Assembly (NCBI GenBank): GCA_965262875.1
Contig: CBDHGD010000002.1
Span: forward strand, 42,984 to 106,983
Source of the DNA: Halioglobus sp.
Lineage (GTDB): Bacteria > Pseudomonadota > Gammaproteobacteria > Pseudomonadales > Halieaceae
Reading direction: 5' to 3'
Length of the DNA stretch: 64,000 bases
Numbering within the stretch: position 1 is the first letter of the stretch; each line of letters starts with the position of its first letter. Positions 54,603 to 63,200 of the stretch are shown piece after piece. The position numbers and the translations under genes were made by a program. The notes beneath the pieces were generated by a model. The model saw only the letters and a program-made list of their open reading frames with translations, had not been told where the DNA came from and ran no database searches.

Positions 54603-54926
54603 CATGCGCGGCGTCCAGTGCGGTTTTGCCGGACGTAAACGCATTGGGCCAGGTGACTGTCTTGCGTTGTTGTTTCAAAATATAGTTGACCTCAAGGGTC
54701 CAGTCAAAGGTATCTGCGGGTCTGCTGATACTGATGAAGGCCGGGCCTTTTTTGTCATGAGCAGAGTTTCATACGGGCTGAATTCGATTTCGTCTGTCAT
54801 AGGGTTGAACGCCTCAATTCCGGTCTCGTGTGCATTTTTCCCGGAATGCACAAGCTGTCATATGTGGTCTCTAAAAAGATTTATCACAGGCCTTCAAAAT
54901 GTCAAAGAAAAGTCGTTCAACTTTAC

Positions 54927-55508
54927 TCACTCCGGTTTTGTTTGAATTGATTTTCCAGGGTCGTTTGGCGTCGCCCCCTCTCTCGGGGATGTAATGCTTT
55001 TCCGGTGCAACGATATTTTTGGGGACCCGGCGTTTTGGCGTTCCCGCCTTTTTTTTGCGATTTTTACGCGCCGCTGCAATTTCACCTGGTAGAATGCGCG
55101 GTCATCGTTTGTAACCTCGCCAGCAGGTTCCATATTCAGGTTGTAGCGTTTGGGTATGGCACACATGGCGCTGATGTATTGTAAGGATCCCAGATACTGA
55201 CCGAGGATTGTGTTAAGCACTTTCTTCGCTTCGCTGCCTTCTTCGATGTTATAGCGTTTTTTCATATCCGCGTCGAAGCCTATGGCGGCGGGAAAGGCGT
55301 AGGGGCTTCGGAAGTAGACCGGCAGTTTCGCGTGGGTTTCGAGATTCAGAACCGCGCACAGACGGGTGCGTATATCGTCGATGAAACCCGGGTGGAACTT
55401 CATGTAGTGCAGCTTGTCGTCGTTTTTCGGATGTCTTGACGTCCTGGCCGTGTCGATGCCGGTTGTGTCGGTTTGTGTTTTTTGCGGCATTGTTTTTGCT
55501 TCATTCAT
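54927..55508 (-). CDS. ProQ/FinO-like RNA-binding protein (tentative)
   Basis: KLPVYFRSPYAFPAAIGFDADMKKRY...LGQYLGSLQYISAM...RYNLNMEPAGEVT resembles the FinO-domain pattern. Basic C-terminal tail. Confidence 0.45.
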   Translation of the reverse strand: MNEAKTMPQKTQTDTTGIDTARTSRHPKNDDKLHYMKFHPGFIDDIRTRLCAVLNLETHAKLPVYFRSPYAFPAAIGFDADMKKRYNIEEGSEAKKVLNTILGQYLGSLQYISAMCAIPKRYNLNMEPAGEVTNDDRAFYQVKLQRRVKIAKKRRERQNAGSPKISLHRKSITSPREGATPNDPGKSIQTKPE

Positions 55509-55783
55509 TGTTGATTGATCCGTTGGTACAATCTGTGGGCTGCCCTGAATGCAGGAAGGCTCTTTGCCGGGGTACCGATAGCTTCTCCGCTACGCGGGTT
55601 GCGACCCTTGCGGGCCCGGTACTGTTTCAGGTTGAAACTGCCGAAGCCTCGTAATTCCACCCGCCGTCCCTGTTCAAGCCCCGCGATAATCTCTTCAAAG
55701 ATGGTGGTGACCGCCCGTTTGGCATAGGCGTCTGTTAGCGCATATTCCAGGGCGATCTTTTCGATGATTTCACGGCGCGTCAT
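55505..55783 (-). CDS. IHF/HU-family DNA-binding protein (IHF-beta-like)
   Basis: MTRREIIEKIA...RVELRGFGSFNLKQYRARKGRNPRSGEAIGTPAKSLPAFRAA. Confidence 0.8.
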   Translation of the reverse strand: MTRREIIEKIALEYALTDAYAKRAVTTIFEEIIAGLEQGRRVELRGFGSFNLKQYRARKGRNPRSGEAIGTPAKSLPAFRAAHRLYQRINQQ

Positions 55784-55908
55784 GGCCTGTTTTCCAGTTT
55801 TGTGGATGGGTAAAGCCTCTCGAAATTGCCGATCGTCCCCGTTTGTAACAGGCTTACGTGACCGGATCAATCACACATCCAAAAGGCACACACATCCAAA
55901 AGGCTTTG

Positions 55909-56083
55909 ACCTGCACGACTTTTCTTTGATATCATATCTTATGTGCTTCGCTGGACTGACAGCCTCTCGGGCTGGTTGGCCCTGCCGGCCAATGGCGCAT
56001 TTCATGCGCGAGAAGTTCAGAGACCGCATATGCGTAGCTTGTGCATTCCGGGAAAGCACATGACCAAAATTAAGTCGTTCAGC
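55909..56083. repeat. GTTGAACGACTT-type MITE copy carrying a nested palindromic-unit insert (55950-56015)
   Basis: Collinear with 45678-45790 on both sides of the 66-bp insert. Confidence 0.6.
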
Positions 56084-56088
56084 AATAG

Positions 56089-56210
56089 TTGGCAGTTTCT
56101 CGGGCCCATCGGACTGACAGCGCATCACATGCGCCGCTGGACAGTCAGTTTCTCGGGCCCGTTGGGATGGCAGCGCATCACATGCGCGAGAAGTCGAGAG
56201 CCCGTTGGCG
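56089..56210. repeat. array of two palindromic units
   Basis: Two copies of GGCAGTTTCTCGGGCCC...CAGCGCATCACATGCGC. Confidence 0.8.
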
Positions 56211-56260
56211 CGGGATTACCCGGAAATCCATATCCGCTGATGCAACGGTTTCATCCGCGA

Positions 56261-56497
56261 TCACTTGTTGCGATCCTTGCCGGTACAATGGCGGTTGTGC
56301 TCTTCGAGCAATGTGGTGATGTCGAGGCGTTTTTGCTTTGCGGTTGTGATGAGCAGAAGCAGGGCGCGCAATTCCTGCGTGTCCATCGTGTTGAGCCAGT
56401 GCAAATCATTCTGGCTGATGCGGGCGTGGAGTCTTTGCATCATCGGCAGGTGGCCTTCACTGACGGGTCGTGTGGATTTCGGGTGTGGCTTTGGCAT
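56261..56497 (-). CDS. small hypothetical protein divergent from traA (possible relaxosome accessory factor)
   Basis: Call rests on position only (divergent from the relaxase across the oriT-like region). 78 aa from ATG 56497; no motif recognised. Confidence 0.3.
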   Translation of the reverse strand: MPKPHPKSTRPVSEGHLPMMQRLHARISQNDLHWLNTMDTQELRALLLLITTAKQKRLDITTLLEEHNRHCTGKDRNK

Positions 56498-57054
56498 GGA
56501 TCGGTTTCCAATTTCGGGGTCATGCCGCAAGGTGCCACAGTTTGCCGCTTTTGCCAATCCTGTAAAATCACATAAACTGCACGTTTCGCCAAAACTCGCC
56601 AGCCTTGCCAAAAGCGCATAGGCTGCCAAAACGTGAGCAGCTGAACGCCAGATTTTCGGCCTCATGCGGGTGCGGTTTTCGGGCTGGCTTGCGGCATCCC
56701 GATCCAGACGCAAATCCCGCCGCGTGATTTTGGCATCAAATTCGGGCCTCGGCGTGCGTTGTTTTCTGCCCCGAATTGACCACCCCATCAAGGTTGTTTC
56801 CGGGCTTGCCGCGCGTCCGGTTCTGCGCTTGCCATCCGCATGACCGTTCCACGGATTGCAAGGTTTTGAGTGCGCGCAAATCTGCCAATCTTCCTTGTTT
56901 TCTTAGCATTCCCGCGCCAGCGGGCAGGCTTTGACCAAATAGGTCGAAGCCTTTTCGAGCGATTGAGAAACGCCTCTGATGTTTCAAACTGTTGTCGGGT
57001 TTACCGGCAAATTCCAAGGGCGCATCTTTGGACAGGTTTGCGGGAAATGTGCCC

Positions 57055-57156
57055 GCGTTGCCCCAAAAGCCAATCCTATATGAAAAACGAAGTTTTTAGG
57101 AAGGCGCGTTGCCCCAAAAGCCAATCCTATATGAAAAACGAAGTTTTTAGGAAGGC
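57055..57156. repeat. 51-bp perfect tandem repeat x2 upstream of traA
   Basis: GCGTTGCCCCAAAAGCCAATCCTATATGAAAAACGAAGTTTTTAGGAAGGC twice, followed by a partial third GCGTT. Confidence 0.9.
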
Positions 57157-57164
57157 GCGTTTGT

Positions 57165-57186
57165 ACATTGAATTTGTATTCAATGT
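57165..57186. promoter_or_regulatory. 9-bp stem hairpin, candidate oriT inverted repeat
   Basis: ACATTGAAT-TTGT-ATTCAATGT, ending 22 nt before the relaxase ATG. Confidence 0.4.
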
Positions 57187-57208
57187 GAAAGCGGTGTATT
57201 TAGAGGCC

Positions 57209-60200
57209 ATGGCAGTCTATTATTTCAATCGCAGTTCACTAGGAAGAAAGTCAGGTGGAAACGCCGTGGCTGCAGCTGCCTATCGCCATGCGACGCGGAT
57301 GACCAATGGGCAGAGCGGGGAGACGAGAGACTATTCCGGCAAGAAGCCAGAGCTGGTTCACGCGGAGATTACCCTGCCCGCAGATGCGCCCGCCTGGGCG
57401 GCAATGCGCTATAGTGGAGAAGACGTTGATGCGGCGTCCATGCAGCTTTGGAATGATCTGGAACTTCGCGAGGATCAACACAACAGGCGCGCTACTGCGC
57501 AATTGGCAAACAGCTTCACCTGCGCGCTGCCGGCAGAACTGTCGCATAAACAAAACATCGTTTTGGTGCGGGATTTTGTGCAGACATCGCTGGTGGGTGG
57601 TGGTGCCGTGGCGGACTGGGTTATCCACGATAAAGGTGACGGAAACCCCCATGCGCATGTGATGACCACACAGCGCACATTGGGGGAAAACGGGCTGGAT
57701 CAGAAAATCCGCACCTACGTGGATCGGCGTCAGGACATCGTAAATCTGCGGTTTAACTGGGCCTGTGCCGCCAATACTGCGCTTGAAACGGCCGGGTTCG
57801 AGGCGCGGATTGATCATCGGCGGCTGGATGTGCAGGGCATTAAACTGGGAGCGATCAGCTTTAATGCGGAGATCGCCGCAAACATCGAACAGGGTGATGC
57901 CGCCTACCGTGTGAAGCAACGGGTGATTGAGGCGCGGCTGGAAAACGAGACTTACCTGATGGCGCATCCGGAGCACATGCTGACGGTTGTGGCGGCGTCC
58001 AATCCCTTGTTTACCAAGGCTGATCTGGAGCGCGGGTTTCAGCAGTATCTGCCGACCAGTGTGGGGATTGACGGCATCGAGGGGCTGATGGGCCTGGCGA
58101 TGGCCAGTGACGATCTGGTGCGTCTGGATCGCAAGTCATCGCGGGGTGAGGCGTTCATGACCACGCGGGCCGTGGTGGAGATGAACCGCCGGATGGAGCG
58201 CGATGCGCTCACGATGGCGCAAAGCCGGTTGGTTCTGGGGGCTGGCCATGGGTACGAGGCGTTGCCGGATACGCTGTCAAACGCGCAGCGTATGGCGGTG
58301 CGGTCGATGGTGTCGTCCCGGCGTCTGACCCTGGTGACGGGTTATGCAGGGGCGGGTAAAACCTTTGCGGTCAAAGCAGCCGCAAAGGTCTGGGCAGCGC
58401 GCGGGTTTGCGGTTCTGGGTGGTGCGATTTCGGGAAAGGCCGCACAGGAGTTGAGCGGCATCGAGGGGCAGGTTGCGACGCTGGCGCAATGGGAGGCCAA
58501 GTGGGATCGCGGCGCGCGGCCGGCACAGGGGCGGTTTATCTTTGTGATGGATGAGGCCGGCATGGTCGGCACGGCAATCTGGTCGCGGATGCAGGCGCGG
58601 ATTAAGGCGATGGGCGGCAAGCTGATTGCGGTGGGGGATGCCGCGCAGTTGGCGCCGATACAGGATACGGCGGCGTTCAAGCATCTGACGAAGCTGGTGG
58701 GCCAGGTGACCATCGGTGCGGTGCGCCGGCAGGAGGATGCGGGCGACCGGCGGGCCACGGAAATGCTGTCGCGGGGCGGGGCGCAGGCGGCTCTGGCGAT
58801 TGATCACTATGCGCGCAAAGGGGCCATCCGGTTCGAGAAGAACCTTGGGAAGGCAATTGATGCGCTGTCCAAAGCTTATTTCGAGCATGAGGGCATGGAC
58901 CGCATTGCGCTGACGCATCTCAATGCGGATGTGGACGCTCTGAATGCGGCCATCCGGATCGAGGCTCTGGCGCGGGGGGTGGTGGATCACAAATCGCAGG
59001 TTTCCTATGCGCGCTTTGTGCCGGGCGCAGGGGCTGAGCCTCTGGTTCTGGGCATCGGGGACCGGGTGCGCTTTACCCGCCCTTACCGGGAGGCTTCGGT
59101 GACCAAATCGTCGTTTGCTTCGGTTATCGCCGCCTCGGAAACGCAGCTGATTTTAAGTGTGGACGGTCAGAGCGGGGTTGTTGCAATTGATCCGCGCCGG
59201 TTTTTGCATTTTGACTACGGCTATGCGGCCACGGTGCATAAATCGCAAGGCATGACGGTGGCCAATAATGTCGAGGTTTTGGTCACGTCGCAGTTTGACG
59301 CGCATCTTCTGGATGTCGCTCTGAGCCGTCACAAACAAACGGTCCGGATGTGGGTGCCGCAGGACAGTGTTGAGGGTCTGGCTGACATCAAGGGAATGGT
59401 GCAGCGCTCCAGCCTGATCGATGTGGTGCAGGCGAATGACCCCCCTGTTTTGGGCCGGATGTCGCGGGATATATCAGATGTGGCGGTGGGTGCACGGGTG
59501 GACCGGATTGCGGCGGATGCCCAAGGGCACATGACCGTGCCGCAGGGTCATCTGCCGCAGGGTCATCTGCCGCAGGGTCATGTTCTGGTGACGGGGTTGG
59601 CTGGCGATGCGCATCTTACCCAACAGGGGATGCGCATGGCGGGGCTGCTGCGGGCCGGATATGAGCCGGGCCAGGCGGATCTGGCGGATGATCCGCGTGG
59701 CTACGCAACTGATCCCTTGAAAGTTGTCGATGATCTGCTGGCGGAACAGGGGGTGTTCAGGGCCGCTGATGTGGCGGCACGGCTTGGCGCGGTGGTGCGT
59801 GCGCCGGATCTGTTTATGCGGCTCTTTGCGCAGGCGATGTCGCATCCCGATCTTGTGATCCTCAGCGAAGAAGGTTTGCGCGGTGAAGGGCGGGTGTATT
59901 CCTCAAACGCCCAGATAGCGCAGGTGGCCGGATTGATGGATCGCGGTGTCACTCTGGCGGTCGGCCAGGGGTTCGGGGCGGTGGATCCGTCAGTGGTTGT
60001 GGCAGCCTGGCAAGCTGCGGGGCTGGATTCTGCGGTGTGCGCGGGGCTGGAGTATGCGCTGTGGCCCTCGCGCATTGCACTTCTGGAGGAGATCGGCACC
60101 CGCCAGAGCGTGCGCGTTACGCAGGTTTTGGCGGAAATTGCGCGGCAAACCGGCACCCGGGTGATTGTGGTCAGTGCGGATGCACGCGCCGCCACGCGGT

Positions 60201-63200
60201 TTGCGGCGGCTGCAACGGCGGCTGCAACCAGTGCGCCGGCAGCGACCGCACCGACGGTAACGACCGCACCGGCGGCAGGCATCGAGGGGCTGGGGCTTTA
60301 TGCCTTTGGCAACCGCTTGCGTCAGGGGTCTTTGTCTTTGCGCACGGGGGATATTCTGGTGGTACCGGAGGCGTCCGGGTTGCATGTGGATGATCTTGAC
60401 CTGCTGACGGGGTTTGCGGAGACGAGTGGTGCCAAGCTGGTGTTGCACTCCGATCCATCGCTGGACGCGACAGGGTCGGTGCTGCGGCATCTGGGCGCAC
60501 GGGTTGAGACATCGGTGCTGGGCGGGTTTGAGGCGATTGCACCGGATCTGCGCGGGTTGCTTGAAGGCGGCGCGGCGCTTGAGGCGGCTTACAAAGCACT
60601 TTGGAACAAGGATGTCTTCATTGGCTCGAGCAACGATGAACTACAGGTCGATGAATATGTAGCCAGTTTTATCGCTGACGAGGCCGTGGATAAGCTCGGT
60701 GTGGCCAGCGCGGCGCGGATGCGCGATGCGCTCAATCTCCGGATTGAAGCGGCATTGCAGGAGAAGGATGGGGTCTCGAAGGAGCAGATTTACCAGATTG
60801 AACGCTTTGAGGCCCCTGCGCTGGCCGTGCATGAAGGTACGGTTCTAAAGCTGTGTCGTGATAATGTAGAGCATGATCTGAACGCGGGTGCGCGCGGTGT
60901 GGTCCGTTCTGTCGATGAAACGGGTCAGGTGACGGTACGGTTCGTCAAAGGGCGTTTTGGGGCGCAGGATGTGACGTTTGCGCCCGGCGCGCAGGCCGCC
61001 GGACTGGACTATGGCACTGTGTTCAGTGCGCGCGAGGCGCGTGGGGTTAATACCGACAGCCTGCACGGATTTGCCGGGCGCGGGTTGCAACGTCCGGATC
61101 TGATTGCCATGCTTAATAATCCATGTGGCAAGTTCAGCCTGTCGCTGCCGGTTAATCCGGACGCTCAGGGTGAGGGGGCCGGGTTTTTAAGCCGGGCGCT
61201 GGCGCGGGAGGGACGTGCCTCGGTGCTGGATTACGGATTTGATCCCAAACGGGCACTGGCAGCCGCAGCGGAAGCCGTGCGTGCGCCTGTGCCCGCGCCT
61301 GTGCGCGCGCCTGCTTTGGAACTCAGTGCAGCCGATCTTGCGATCAGGGCCGATACAGCGGCGCATTTCAAGGCGCAGCCCGCGTTTATCGTTTCTGCGC
61401 TGGTGCGGGAAAACAGCCGGTTTGATCACGGGCAGTTGCAGCGCCATATTCAAAAGCTGTTTCCGGCGGAATATCTAGATATGGAAGATCCGGGCATGGA
61501 TCATCCGGGCATGGATCATCCGGCGTTTGACCATAAAGCCTTCACCGATCAGGTGCTGTCAGAGACGTTAAAGAGCGGTGCGCTGATTAAGGCAGGGTTC
61601 AGCAGTTTTGACGGGGCACCGCTTTACACCACGCGGGTGCAGGCGGAGATCGAGGCGCGGGGATTGGAACAGGGCAAGGCGCTGGCGCGGTCAAAGCTCA
61701 CGGGCATTGGTCAGGTCATTGACGGTCAGGGCATTGACAGTCAGGCCATTGACGGTGGGGATATGGCCGGTCTGCGCAGTGACGTGGCCCATGTTGCGGG
61801 GGCGGCGCGGTTGAGCCTTGCCACAGTTGATCCGGGGCCGCAGAAGGATGGGTTCTTGCAGCAAGCGGGTGCTGTCTGGCGGGCGCGGGGCTATCAGGTG
61901 ATTGCCACCGGCACCAGAGGGGTTTTTGCGGAGCAAGCGGCTGAGCGGCTTGGTGACACTGTTCAACATGCCTCATTGGCGGCGCTGGAAGCGCAATGGG
62001 CGATGGGGCGTCTGCCGGAAGAGAAGTTTGTCGTCTTTCTGGATCAGGCGGACCGGGTTCAAAGTCCGCAATGGATGCGGGTGCAGGGCCGCGTGGCCGA
62101 AATGGGTGGCAAGTTGATTGCGCTCAGGCATTCCAGTGGTCTTTCGCCGGTTGGCTCCGTCAGTCTTTACCGCCTGCTGGCGCGCGAGGTTGGTGTCGAG
62201 CAGCGCGATCGCATTGCGCATCAGGTTTTGGAAGACGAGCGGATTGCCACCGCTTACCTGGATGAGCCGGGCGCACCGGCGGCGCGTGCGCTTGATATTT
62301 ACCACAACAAAGGTGCTGTGCGCTTTGCCGGTCGGGCTGAAGGCGCGCAGGCGGCACTCGCGCGGTCTTATTGGGCCGGCGAGTATCAGCCATCGCCGGA
62401 ACAGAGCGGCGAGGTGCGGTTGGCGATGGCACATGCGCGGGTAATGGTCACAACGCTTGATGCGGCCATTCGGGCTGAAGGGCAGCGTCTCGGGCGCCTG
62501 GGCGCGGGGGAGACCTGTTGGGGACGGCAGATCAACATTGGCGAGGTTCTGGAAGCCAGGAGCGACATTGCCCTGGCAGGTGTCACGGCGGGCGGGCGCG
62601 GGCGTGTGGTGAAATTGGGGCCGGAAAGCATTGAGCTGGAAATACCGGGACACCGTGACACCGTCGAGATTTACACCAGCGCGCGTCTGGCGCAGTTCAG
62701 CTCGAGCATTGCCACAACCATCCATGATGCGGAGGTCCGTATGGTGGATCGCGGCTATCTCTATGCCAGCCGGGGCATGGATCAGGAGATGTTCCGCGCC
62801 GGTATGACGCGGCACCGACAATCGCTTGAGCTGCATGTGCCCGAGACCGCGTTTCGGGATTACGAAGCCCTGCAAAAAGCCGTGCAGCGCAATACGGATC
62901 TGGAGATGCTGGATGATGTCAGCAGCGGTGTCAGCAGCGGTGTCAGCTCCGAGGACAGATCGCGGGATATGGTCATCGCGCCAGACATCAGTGCGCGGGC
63001 AGACCGCAGCGGTGCGGCCCTGTGGTCGGGTGGTGAGTTTGGTTTTGATGCACATCTGCAAGCCACGGCGGGGCGCATCGCGGGGCTGTTGTCGATTGAT
63101 TATAGGCCGGGCGCGCCGGTGCTGGGGAACGATCCACGCGGTTATGCCAGCGACCCTTTGAAACTGGTGGATGATCTTCTGGCGGAGCGCTCGGTCATCA

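Noticed and set aside
57055-57156. Tandem repeats and palindromic arrays (57055-57156, 46923-47100, 56089-56210) as possible CRISPR arrays
   Set aside because: The units are contiguous or irregularly spaced, with no unique spacers of uniform length and no cas genes. They fit tandem duplication and REP-like arrays instead.
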